A stretch of 64,000 nucleotides of DNA from positions 1-64,000 of IMG/VR virus record IMGVR_UViG_2844571421_000002; one strand, written 5' to 3'. Source of the stretch: a virus (Duplodnaviria; Caudoviricetes). A program made the position numbers and the translations under genes. Each line of letters begins with the position of its first letter. Position 1 is the first letter of the stretch. Below the pieces are notes generated by a model. It saw only the letters and a program-made list of their open reading frames with translations, did no database searches and was not told the DNA's origin. Below, one piece after another: positions 34,783 to 43,344 of this stretch.

Positions 34783-35999
34783 GCGCCAGGTTGCGGAAGT
34801 GGACGACGAAGGAAGGAAAGTCTGAGGAGGCGTGGCAAGTGGACTTCGTGTTTCAGCATGCGGACGGACGGAAACAGCGAGTCGTGAAGTTCTCGCCCGT
34901 CCAGACCCGTCGGGGTGCTGAGCAATACGAACGCGAGCTGCGCAGCGCCTTGCTCAACGGGACTTTCGGAAAGGAGCAGTGCGGCGAGGAAAGCCCCATC
35001 ACGCTTGCGGACTTCACTCCGCGGCTCCTCACCTACAGCGAGAACAACAACAAGCACTCAAGCGTCGACAGCAAACGACAGATTCTCAGAGACCATATCC
35101 TCCCCTTCTTCGGGAAGGTGGCGCTCGCGAACATCGGCTTGGCCGAAATCGAAGACTTCAAGGCGCACATGCGCAAGAAGAAGTCGGCAGCTCACAAGCG
35201 GAAGGACTCCGCGTCAAAGCGAGCCATCCGGAAGCGGCAGCGTAGCGAACCCAAGCCCCTGAGTCTGAAGACCATCAACAACGTGCTGACTGTGCTTCAC
35301 AAGCTCCTGACGCTCGCAGAAGAGCATGGGGTCATCCGGCAGGCGCCGCGCGTAAAGCCCTTCGGGAAGCTACCGAAGCCTCCCTTCGACTTCCTGAGCT
35401 TTGAGGAAGCGGATCAGCTTCTCGCCGTCGCTGAGCCCGAATGGCGCACGTTGCTGCGCGTCGCCATCAAGACGGGGCTTCGGCAGGGGGAGCTGATCGG
35501 GCTCCAGTGGCACGACCTGACCCTGACGCGGGGCCTGCTTCACGTTCGCAGGACCATTTGGCGCGGGATAGAGGGTTTGCCGAAGGGTGGGCGTGAACGG
35601 ACGGTCGACTTGCCCGCCTCCGTGGTTGATGCGCTCAACGGCCACCGGCACCGTCGGGGGCGGTTCGTCTTCTGTCAGGAGGACGGGCAGCCACTCACCA
35701 AGGGCAAGATGGCGGCACCGCTGGGTCGCGCCCTCCGGGCGGCGGGCATCACCCGCGAAGTGGGGCAAATCGGCTGGCACGATCTGCGCCATACCTACGG
35801 CAGCCATCTCGCGATGAGGGGTGTCCCGCTGAAGGTGATTCAGGAGCTGATGGGGCACGCGACCATCGAGATGACGAATCGCTACGCCCACCTGAGCCCC
35901 GACACTCGGAGAGAGGCAGTCGCCGTTTTGGACCGGCCTCTCGCTCTGCCGTGCGACATACGTGCAACATGGAAGGAGGCCGCTCCTAACTGCACGTAA
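34779..35999 (+). CDS. int: Tyrosine recombinase (phage integrase); start probably ATG 34779
   Basis: TGLRQGEL (R), PKGG (K), HDLRH (HxxR), MGH (H), RYAH (Y). Confidence 0.95.
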   Translation: MSARLRKWTTKEGKSEEAWQVDFVFQHADGRKQRVVKFSPVQTRRGAEQYERELRSALLNGTFGKEQCGEESPITLADFTPRLLTYSENNNKHSSVDSKRQILRDHILPFFGKVALANIGLAEIEDFKAHMRKKKSAAHKRKDSASKRAIRKRQRSEPKPLSLKTINNVLTVLHKLLTLAEEHGVIRQAPRVKPFGKLPKPPFDFLSFEEADQLLAVAEPEWRTLLRVAIKTGLRQGELIGLQWHDLTLTRGLLHVRRTIWRGIEGLPKGGRERTVDLPASVVDALNGHRHRRGRFVFCQEDGQPLTKGKMAAPLGRALRAAGITREVGQIGWHDLRHTYGSHLAMRGVPLKVIQELMGHATIEMTNRYAHLSPDTRREAVAVLDRPLALPCDIRATWKEAAPNCT

Positions 36000-36015
36000 T
36001 CATTGAACAATTCAA
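35951..36015. other. Prophage 1 att-proximal sequence with candidate integrase arm sites
   Basis: Direct repeats GTGCGACAT/GTGCAACAT (35951-35970), inverted copy TGCACGT (35991-35997), hairpin ATTGAA-CAA-TTCAAT abutting the tRNA 3' end. Confidence 0.5.
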
Positions 36016-36101
36016 TGCACGAGCCGGGGATCGAACCCGGACGGCCCTTACGGGCCAGCGGATTTTAAGTCCGCTGCGTCTGCCAGTTCCGCCACTCGTG
36101 C
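36016..36101 (-). tRNA. trnL: tRNA-Leu (anticodon TAA), CCA not encoded
   Basis: GCACGAG acceptor stem, TGGCGGAACTGGCAGACGC D arm, GCGGA-CTTAAAA-TCCGC anticodon arm, long variable arm, GGTTCGATCCC T arm. Confidence 0.96.
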
Positions 36102-36143
36102 CCAGTGATTTCAGGTGCTTACTGGCCCCCCTTGACCCTCTTC

Positions 36144-36191
36144 AGTAGGGAAATAGTAGGAACGAAAGCAGCTTCCTACGATGTCCCTACT
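36144..36191. repeat. 19-bp imperfect inverted repeat built from tandem (A/C)GTAGG units, 5' of the tRNA
   Basis: AGTAGGGAAATAGTAGGAA (36144-36162) versus reverse complement of 36173-36191 AGTAGGGACATCGTAGGAA, 17/19 match. Confidence 0.75.
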
Positions 36192-36312
36192 CGCCCCGCC
36201 GCGACAAAGGGGGCACTTCACTCCCAGTGACAACACCAGACCAGCCGGAGGATCCTGGACCGGCTCCGCGCCACCAGCAAGCCGAAAGCACCTGGGAGGG
36301 GAGGTCCTATGA

Positions 36313-37467
36313 CTAGGCCGTCGTCACGTCATCCGGCTTGCGCTTGCCGCGACCACGAGACGGCATGAGCACCATCGAATCCAGCGCCTCTTCTGCCTGA
36401 GCAGCCCGCGCCTTCAACTCGGTTGCGGCGTCGGACTTCGTGAAGGTGCCGCCAAGCCAGGCGCTCAGGTCGGCCGCCAGCTCCCCCGCCGACTGGTAAC
36501 GCTCACGAGGGGCAACCCGAAGTAGCCGGCTCAGCGTCACGCGTAGCCCCTGGGGAAGCCCCTCGGTCATCGCATCTACGTCCGCGGCCTTCAGGGTCGC
36601 CGCACGCCAAATCGCGTCGGACACCAACGGCGGCGCCCCAGTGAGCGTGGCCCGCTTGATTGCCCGAGAGACCCGCCGACGCTTCTTCGTGGACAACGAG
36701 CCCATGACTTCGGGCGTGATGTCGTCGGGGCAAAAGAGCAGGTTCTTCCCCGTCGCCAGTTCGAGCAGCACGACGCCCAGAGTGAAGAGGTCGGAGCGCG
36801 CATCGACGCTCCCCCCTAGAAGCATCTCCGGTGACGAGTAGAAGTGGTCTCCCAACGGGCCGCGCGCGGATGAAGCGACTCGCCCCGGCAAGTCGGACAA
36901 CGCGAGACCGAAGTCGGCGAGCTGAACCGTCCCATCCCAATTGACGAAGATGTGCTCAACGTCGACCGCCCGATGAACGATGTTGAGTGACCGTCCCTGC
37001 GCGTCCTTCGCGGCGTGCGCGTGCTCAAGGGCCGCTGCGACCTGGACACCGACATAGAGCACGAAGAGCGGCGAGAACCATCGCTGACTCTCACCGACGA
37101 GCGTCAGCAGCTCATTCAGGGAGTGGCCGTCCGGGTGCTCCGTGCTGACGTACCAATAGCCCTCGACCTTGTGCAGTCCATGAACCTTGAGGATGGCCGG
37201 GTGCTTGAGGAACGTCGCAAGGCGAACCTGCTCGTCGAGCTTCGCACGCGCACGCATGACCCGGTCGCCTTCCGTTTCCGATGGCGCCGGAACCGCCTTG
37301 AGCAGCACCTTCCCACGCGGCGCGCCGGACGTGGCCCGCAGCCGCGCTACGAACAAGGACATCCCATGGTGAGTCGGCCCCAAGTCCTCGCGGTACTCGT
37401 AGCCGACCCCGCCCGCCGAGAAGAGGATCGCCCCCCGTGGGATCTTGAACTCGATTGCCTTCGACAT
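36313..37467 (-). CDS. Ser/Thr kinase-like protein with degenerate catalytic loop (pseudokinase); start ATG 37467
   Basis: RBS GAGGAG; retains VLLK, DFG, YSSPE and DLFTLG, but HRD is HRA (HRAVDVEH) and there is no GxGxxG loop. Confidence 0.82.
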   Translation of the reverse strand: MSKAIEFKIPRGAILFSAGGVGYEYREDLGPTHHGMSLFVARLRATSGAPRGKVLLKAVPAPSETEGDRVMRARAKLDEQVRLATFLKHPAILKVHGLHKVEGYWYVSTEHPDGHSLNELLTLVGESQRWFSPLFVLYVGVQVAAALEHAHAAKDAQGRSLNIVHRAVDVEHIFVNWDGTVQLADFGLALSDLPGRVASSARGPLGDHFYSSPEMLLGGSVDARSDLFTLGVVLLELATGKNLLFCPDDITPEVMGSLSTKKRRRVSRAIKRATLTGAPPLVSDAIWRAATLKAADVDAMTEGLPQGLRVTLSRLLRVAPRERYQSAGELAADLSAWLGGTFTKSDAATELKARAAQAEEALDSMVLMPSRGRGKRKPDDVTTA

Positions 37468-37618
37468 GCCGTTGCTCCTCGTGTGCGAACTCGCAACCAA
37501 CGCGACGAGGAAAACGCTACCTGCGGCATCTGTTCGAGAGAACGCCTTCACAGGTCATGGGGTCGAAATGGCGTGTTCGCCCCGAAATCGTCCCCCTACC
37601 TATTACGTACCCCAGCGC

Positions 37619-39412
37619 TCAGGGCCAGCGATCCACGACGTAGCCGCCCCCTGAGTTGAACGCCTTCACTCGACCGTCACTGTATCCTTCAGAGTGGGCC
37701 TCGACGACGAAGCACACGGGGCGCTCATCCTGCCCCGGTAACCTCACTCGGTCGTAGCGGATGACCAGCGCGGGTCCGTCCGAGCGGCCCATTCGGTCAG
37801 ATAGGTAATATGCCTTGCCGTAGAAGTGCGTCCCGGGCGGCGCGAACGCATTCTGGACCGAACGAACTCCCTTCGGAACCACCCCCACCACGTCTGCACC
37901 AGCAGTGAACCAAACAACGTCTTCCGGACCATGACGGGCATTGAGGGTGAGGCTGAACGATTGATTTACCTTCCAGCGGAGATCCTCCCGCATCGACTCT
38001 TCCGCACCAGCCGGGCAAGTGAACGCCTCGGGCCGAATTTGGGCACTGGGGCAACCCGCCGCGAGAGCCGCAACGAGCGTCATCGTCGCGCAGTCGGCAG
38101 CTGCGGCAGCTTTCGTCCTCCCGCGTGACTGGCGTCCTTGGGGTGGGACCTCGGGTGACGGAGTCGTCTTCACGGTTGAACCTTCCTTCGGAGCGGCAGT
38201 TACAGGCCCCGTCAGCAGCACAGGCGGGGGGCTAGGAGGTGACATAGCAGGGGCAGACGACGTGAGCGGCGCCGAATAAGGAGGGCTCGGCGGGCGCGGC
38301 GCACCAGCGATGGTCTGCGACCCGGTCTCCGTGGGTTCCCCTCGGGCGAGCAAGAAGCCCCCGACTGCTACTAGCGAGATGAGAGTAGCCACTCCCGCCA
38401 TGAGGCCCCTTCCAGTCCGCACAGGGCCACGCTCAAGGGCATCTGGCGAGTTCGGCACCTCTACGGCAGGGCGCACCGGCTCAGGTGCTTCCGGCTTCCG
38501 TTGCTCGGACGGCGGATGCACCGGGCATAGGAATTCCGCACTCGAATAGGCCAGGAGTTCGCCCAGCTCACGACGTAGAGCCTCTGAGTCGACGGGGCGC
38601 TTGGCCGGGTCACGCGACAGGATGCAATCAACGAGGTCGTTCAGCGCTTCTGGAACACGCACGTTCAACGCACGAGCAGGAGGCGGCTTCATGACGGTGC
38701 TGTTGAGCGTAACTCGCGCTTGAACCTCCGTCGGTCGGGGGTCAGTCAGCAACTCATAGAGCATTGCCCCGACGGCGAAAATCTCGTCCGCAACCTGGAA
38801 GGCGTACTTCGCTCGCTGTTCGGCCTTGTGCTCCCGGAGCCATGTGAACTGTTCCGGCGCACGAAAGCGGTCAGTTCCCGGCGGCAAGCCCCAATCCGTC
38901 AGCTCTTCAGCCAACGAGTAGCTCGCACAGCTAAAGTCGATAACGACCGGCTCTCCATCGCTCTTCCGAATTAGAACGTTGGACAGCTTCAAATCCCGAT
39001 GCAGGACGCCACGGCCGTGCATGTACGAAAGCGCGGCGGAAACCTTATCGAAGACCTGCAAGACCTCTTGAACCGTGGGGTGTTTACGCTCTGCCCATTC
39101 GGCAAGGGTCCACCCCTCTACGTACTCGAGCGCAAGGTAGACATTCCCCTGTTCGGAGTATCCATACCCACGGTGCTTGACGATGTTCGGATGGTCCAGG
39201 AGGAGGAGTGCCGAAAGCTCCCGAAGCGTCCGCGCGTGAGTCTGCTTGTCGTCCCCACTCGAATCCCGGTGACGCGCCAATTTGAGCGCGCATCTGCGAC
39301 CGTGCTTCTCGACGAGGTAGACGACGGCAAACCCTCCGTTTCCAAGCTCCCGAACAACACTCCATCCGTCGATGGTCGTACCAGGGGGCGGAAACAACGG
39401 AATGACGTTCAT
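37619..39412 (-). CDS. Receptor-type Ser/Thr protein kinase (kinase, TM, Pro-rich stalk, extracytoplasmic beta domain)
   Basis: GNGGFAVV, ALK, HRDLKLSN, DFS, RAPE, DEIFAVG; TM GLMAGVATLISLVAVGGFLLA. Confidence 0.9.
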   Translation of the reverse strand: MNVIPLFPPPGTTIDGWSVVRELGNGGFAVVYLVEKHGRRCALKLARHRDSSGDDKQTHARTLRELSALLLLDHPNIVKHRGYGYSEQGNVYLALEYVEGWTLAEWAERKHPTVQEVLQVFDKVSAALSYMHGRGVLHRDLKLSNVLIRKSDGEPVVIDFSCASYSLAEELTDWGLPPGTDRFRAPEQFTWLREHKAEQRAKYAFQVADEIFAVGAMLYELLTDPRPTEVQARVTLNSTVMKPPPARALNVRVPEALNDLVDCILSRDPAKRPVDSEALRRELGELLAYSSAEFLCPVHPPSEQRKPEAPEPVRPAVEVPNSPDALERGPVRTGRGLMAGVATLISLVAVGGFLLARGEPTETGSQTIAGAPRPPSPPYSAPLTSSAPAMSPPSPPPVLLTGPVTAAPKEGSTVKTTPSPEVPPQGRQSRGRTKAAAAADCATMTLVAALAAGCPSAQIRPEAFTCPAGAEESMREDLRWKVNQSFSLTLNARHGPEDVVWFTAGADVVGVVPKGVRSVQNAFAPPGTHFYGKAYYLSDRMGRSDGPALVIRYDRVRLPGQDERPVCFVVEAHSEGYSDGRVKAFNSGGGYVVDRWP

Positions 39413-40272
39413 GGAGTTCCCCCGGAAGCAGCCTTTGGCAACCTCACATTGGGAATCGTGAGAGTGCGACCGTCCCCCACCACCTCCAGAGTAAAGACAG
39501 GGCTTGCACTCAACTTTGCTGTCTCGGCAACCACGAGAATTCGGCCGTATCCGCCTGAAGGCATTGCGCCCGAATCAACTGTTACGATGCGCGCCTTTAG
39601 CGGCAGTCCGACGCGTCCAGTCAGCGTGGCTACTCGCGGCACCCAAGGTGGTTGCCCGAGGTTGTTCCGTATCTCCGCATCCACAAGAACCCACCCCTGT
39701 CCGCGATAGGCCACCGCGGACACTACAGCGAAGCCTTGTGCCGCATCTCCACGTCCCTTGATGAGCGTTGCCGTTACGCCCTCCTTGTCGACATACCCCA
39801 GCATCACGAAGTCTTCAGGTCTGGGCATTCGCGGTTCGTCAACCGGGCATCCCTCGGCTGTCATCTCGGGGCGCTGAACATTGATCTGAATGTCCACTTC
39901 AGCCGGGTCCGTCACCAGCGAGAAGGCAGCTCGCGTGGGTGCCCTGCCATCCGCGAAGAAGACCCCAACTTCGTAGCGCTCACCTTCGGCAAGGTCTGCC
40001 ACTGGCTGAACGATGACCGACCGTTCTCCGGCGTCTAGAACGCGAATCCGCGACTCGTCGAAGGTAAGGGTCTTCCGGTTGATGGGAGCGGGGAACAGGA
40101 AGAGCGTCGGCGTGTCGCGCGCCACTCGGACGACAGGATGTGGATCGGTAGGGCTGTTTGCAACGGACACCGCTCGGTCCCGCTTCGCTCGTTCCGCTTG
40201 TTCCGCCATGGCTGGCGTCGCAGCCCCCCACGCGAGAACTAGTGCAAGGGCCAATCTGACCGGTTGGATCAA
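39409..40272 (-). CDS. DUF2381 / TIGR02268-type exported protein
   Basis: Signal peptide (…ATPAMA-EQ); VVRVARDTPTLFLFPAPI, VGVFFADGRAP, DVQINV-like segment, AYRGQGWVLVDAEIRN; stop/start overlap with the kinase, the usual myxobacterial arrangement. Confidence 0.8.
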   Translation of the reverse strand: MIQPVRLALALVLAWGAATPAMAEQAERAKRDRAVSVANSPTDPHPVVRVARDTPTLFLFPAPINRKTLTFDESRIRVLDAGERSVIVQPVADLAEGERYEVGVFFADGRAPTRAAFSLVTDPAEVDIQINVQRPEMTAEGCPVDEPRMPRPEDFVMLGYVDKEGVTATLIKGRGDAAQGFAVVSAVAYRGQGWVLVDAEIRNNLGQPPWVPRVATLTGRVGLPLKARIVTVDSGAMPSGGYGRILVVAETAKLSASPVFTLEVVGDGRTLTIPNVRLPKAASGGTP

Positions 40273-40495
40273 GGGCGCATGACCTCCCAGAGCAGGAAGC
40301 TACCATCGCGGATACTGGCGCAGTGGGCCTATTTCCTACAGGTCAGCACGCCCCGTGTGGTGAGCGGTCACCCTTGCCCCACTCTTGGCTTGTTGGTCCC
40401 GCCTAGGTATGAAGGCAGCCGGGCGGCTGTGGTGAGTACGTAGTTCACGGCGTCGCGAGGTCCCTGACCGACCGCGCCGCTTCCGCAGCCGCCCA

Positions 40496-40798
40496 CTATC
40501 GGTTCGCAAGCTTCGCAACGGCGAACCCGGCCCCAAGCCCAGCAAGCAGGGCCACGACGGCGACCGTGAAGGACACGTCCCCGGCCTGCTGGCGTAACGA
40601 CTCGTTCTCGGCGCGCAGCCGCGCAATCTCCGAAGCGGTTCGAATGCAGCGGCTTTCCGACAGCCAGCAGCCGCCCTCCACCTCTACGGCTGCCGTGCCT
40701 CCATCGGGGAAGAGCTGCGCGCGCTCGACGCTGATGACCTCCGAGCCCGACGCGGGAAGCGCGAGCAGCACAGCCAGCACGAGCGCGCCGAGCTTCAC
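40496..40798 (-). CDS. Last lysis-cassette gene, putative spanin-like protein (signal peptide, coiled coil, C-terminal TM)
   Basis: 100 aa; intact copy of the IS-broken gene at 1722-1937. Confidence 0.55.
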   Translation of the reverse strand: MKLGALVLAVLLALPASGSEVISVERAQLFPDGGTAAVEVEGGCWLSESRCIRTASEIARLRAENESLRQQAGDVSFTVAVVALLAGLGAGFAVAKLANR

Positions 40799-41247
40799 TT
40801 GTCGCCCCGGGTGTCGAGCTGTTCCAGCACAGCAATCGCTGCGGCCTTCTCCGCGACCTGCCCAGCGGCAATCGCGCCCGCCAGCTCGGCGCGGGCAATG
40901 GCGGCGCTCCCGAACAGAATCCGCTTGAAGATGGTGAAGCCACCAGCGGCCGTCAGGGCGACTTGCAGCGCGGTCAGCATCAGGGCCAACGAGAACGGAG
41001 CCCCCGCAGCGAGCGCGTTCGCTACCGCTCCGGCGAGGGAGACGCCAAGCACGAGAACGGCGCCGCCCCTGTCGGTATTGAAGAACGGGACGAACCCGCC
41101 ACCGAACCTCCGCAGCAGGTAGACGAGCACCACCACCACCAGGGCGGCGAGTAGCGCGTAGTTCCTACTCGTCACGGCATCGAGAAGAAGGCGCGCGAAC
41201 TCCTCGAACTGCTCGGGGTTCGGCCCGACTGCACCAGCGTCAACCAT
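40795..41247 (-). CDS. Multi-pass membrane protein, putative holin
   Basis: Paralog of 1934-2386. Confidence 0.6.
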   Translation of the reverse strand: MVDAGAVGPNPEQFEEFARLLLDAVTSRNYALLAALVVVVLVYLLRRFGGGFVPFFNTDRGGAVLVLGVSLAGAVANALAAGAPFSLALMLTALQVALTAAGGFTIFKRILFGSAAIARAELAGAIAAGQVAEKAAAIAVLEQLDTRGDK

Positions 41248-41259
41248 GTTGCCTCCGGG

Positions 41260-41793
41260 TTAGAAGCCCAGCCGCTCCAGTTCGGCCGCGAGCTTCGGGT
41301 TTGCTGCACGCCACTTCGGCGACAGGCGCTCGGCATCGAGGCGAGCCCACACGTCGGCGAGGGAACTCTGTTGGACCAGGGTGCGAAGCGGCGTGAGCTG
41401 AAGCGCGCTCACGTAGCCCGGCCACTGCACATGGGGGGAGTCGCCGAACCTGCCGCCCCAGACGAGCCCCGCCTTCGTGGATTCCTCACCCAGCACGCGG
41501 TAAGCCGACTCGCGCCAATCCGGCTGCACGCCAGGTCGCGGGCTCGCGTCACAAACGAAGTCGAAGGCGAGGCCGTAGTTGTGCGCGGACAAGCCTGCGG
41601 ATGATGCCTTGCCGCCCATGCCCGCGAGGAAAGAGCGCCGCAGCTCAACCTGCTCTTCGAGGCTACGGAAGCCGTAGGTCGCGACATAGCTCGCGCCACG
41701 GGCATCGCAACGCGCCACGACCTGAAGGGCGACCGACACGAGCGGCAGGTAGACGCGGTCAAGGTCGACCCGCTTGAAGTTGGCTCGGGTCAC
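41260..41793 (-). CDS. Endolysin, M15-family peptidase; start GTG 41793
   Basis: SAHNYGLAFD and DSPHVQ motifs; same length as 2399-2932; GTGA overlap. Confidence 0.85.
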   Translation of the reverse strand: MTRANFKRVDLDRVYLPLVSVALQVVARCDARGASYVATYGFRSLEEQVELRRSFLAGMGGKASSAGLSAHNYGLAFDFVCDASPRPGVQPDWRESAYRVLGEESTKAGLVWGGRFGDSPHVQWPGYVSALQLTPLRTLVQQSSLADVWARLDAERLSPKWRAANPKLAAELERLGF

Positions 41794-42077
41794 CGGGAAT
41801 CCCCCGACGCGGCCTGGGCCCTGCGAAGAAGCTCCAACTCCACCGTCTGCCGGACCTGAACAGGAAGACCGACGGCAAACTCGTCGCGCCACCGCCGCAA
41901 GGCACCCAACTCCACCGCGAGGGCGTTGATGCGCTCGTCCTGGCGGGCGACCTTCTCGACGAGCGAGCGGATCTCCCCCACAAGGGACTTCGCGGCCCAG
42001 GTGAGGACACCGACTCCCGCCGTTCCGAGCAGGGAGCCGACTACGAGCTGAATGGACTGGGTCTCTTCTGCGGTCAC
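41790..42077 (-). CDS. First lysis-cassette gene (TM plus coiled coil)
   Basis: Paralog of 2932-3216. Confidence 0.7.
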   Translation of the reverse strand: MTAEETQSIQLVVGSLLGTAGVGVLTWAAKSLVGEIRSLVEKVARQDERINALAVELGALRRWRDEFAVGLPVQVRQTVELELLRRAQAASGDSR

Positions 42078-42106
42078 GGCATCACCGGGGATTAGGAGTG
42101 CCCCAG

Positions 42107-42137
42107 GTAAATGCGTGCGACTTCAGAGCGTGGCCCA
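42107..42137 (-). promoter_or_regulatory. Putative phage-sigma promoter for the lysis cassette
   Basis: TGGGCC-ACGCTCTGAAGT-CGCACGCATTTAC. Confidence 0.68.
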
Positions 42138-42275
42138 TCGCGCCACAGGTGCGAAGCTCCGCGCCCAGTAACGGAGTCCTGCCCTACTCAACCCACACGA
42201 CCTGTGATTAGCTTCCGAGAATAGCAAGGACGCCCCTTCGGCAAGCCCCTGATGCCGCCAATACCCGGAAATCCC

Positions 42276-43256
42276 ATGCCTTCAACATCCGCGATTCTAG
42301 AACTCCAAGAACTGGCGCGCTCCCAAACGAGTGTGACGGATCTGCTTCGGCACGCAAAGGCCGTCGCCTCAAAGCTTGGGCTCGACGAATTCGAGGAATG
42401 GATTCGACATGAGATGAATGGCTATCCAGACGCCATCAAAGTCCCTGAATACCGAACAATATCTTCCAAGTTAATGTCCACAGATCTTATCCAAGGAAGA
42501 ATCCCCATCGCACTCAAGGATGATTCCCACCTAGTCGAATATTTCTCAAGAACTTCTCTTGCACACCCCATCAGCCAAATCCTCCATATACTACAAACAA
42601 CTACCGGCCCGACATTCGAAAGCGAACTTAGTCCAAAAGAACAGGCAAAACTCCCCGAGGAAGTATCCCATAGGCTTCCACTCGTTCGGCGCTACTCCAC
42701 CTCAAGCCTTGCATCAATCCCTGACGCCGTTCGAGACAACGTGCTCGACTGGGCGCTAAGGCTTGAGAAGCAGGGTGTCGCCGGAGAGGGGATGATATTT
42801 ACACAGAAGGATCGTCAAATCGCCCAAATGGTTACCATCAACAACTTTGGCTCACTCATTCAAGGCGATCACGCCAATCTCGCCACGGCAAATAACTCAC
42901 CGGGAGCAGCAGTGTCGGCAGCATCAGGCGACGCACGGACTCATCAGCGGCTTTTCAAGTCAATCGAAGCAGTCAAGAACAGCGATTCCCAGCTAGGCGA
43001 AGCACTCACACAACTCGCAAATGCCATCTCCAGCAGCAAGACACTCGCCTCCGAAAAGAAGACCGAAGCCACCGAGCAACTAGCATTTGTAGCCGAGCAA
43101 TGCGCTCTCCCGGCGGAGCAGCGCCAACCCAAAACTATCCACAGGCACATTCTTTGGCTATTGCGAGAGACATTGGGCCTTGGCGCTGACGTATTGCAGG
43201 TGTGGACTACCTTCGGCCCGATGCTCTGTGCGGCACTCAGTGTGTCACTCTCCTGA
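42276..43256 (+). CDS. AbiTii-domain protein, copy 1 (candidate abortive infection); start probably ATG 42276
   Basis: ILELQELA...VTDLLRHAKAVASKLGLDEFEEWIRHEMNGY is the AbiTii N-terminal pattern; AT-richer; opposite to the phage arm. Confidence 0.78.
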   Translation: MPSTSAILELQELARSQTSVTDLLRHAKAVASKLGLDEFEEWIRHEMNGYPDAIKVPEYRTISSKLMSTDLIQGRIPIALKDDSHLVEYFSRTSLAHPISQILHILQTTTGPTFESELSPKEQAKLPEEVSHRLPLVRRYSTSSLASIPDAVRDNVLDWALRLEKQGVAGEGMIFTQKDRQIAQMVTINNFGSLIQGDHANLATANNSPGAAVSAASGDARTHQRLFKSIEAVKNSDSQLGEALTQLANAISSSKTLASEKKTEATEQLAFVAEQCALPAEQRQPKTIHRHILWLLRETLGLGADVLQVWTTFGPMLCAALSVSLS

Positions 43257-43344
43257 CAACTCGCATAGAACGCTCGACACTGTGGCCTTGGCCCCAAAAC
43301 AGCAAACGCAATATACTGATAGGATAGTCCCCGTGACGGCCTAC

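Larger units (their letters stand above)
1722..36015. mobile_element. Prophage 1 (temperate siphovirus-type); left end hidden by the IS21 and the window edge
   Basis: Complete lysis-tail-head-terminase arm on minus, replication-xis-int arm on plus, ending at the 3' end of tRNA-Leu. Confidence 0.93.

Noticed and set aside
40328-40339. CCTATTTCCTAC upstream of the DUF2381 operon, resembling the GTAGG repeats at 36144-36191
   Set aside because: It is a short match that needs a gap and cannot be distinguished from chance without homolog alignments.
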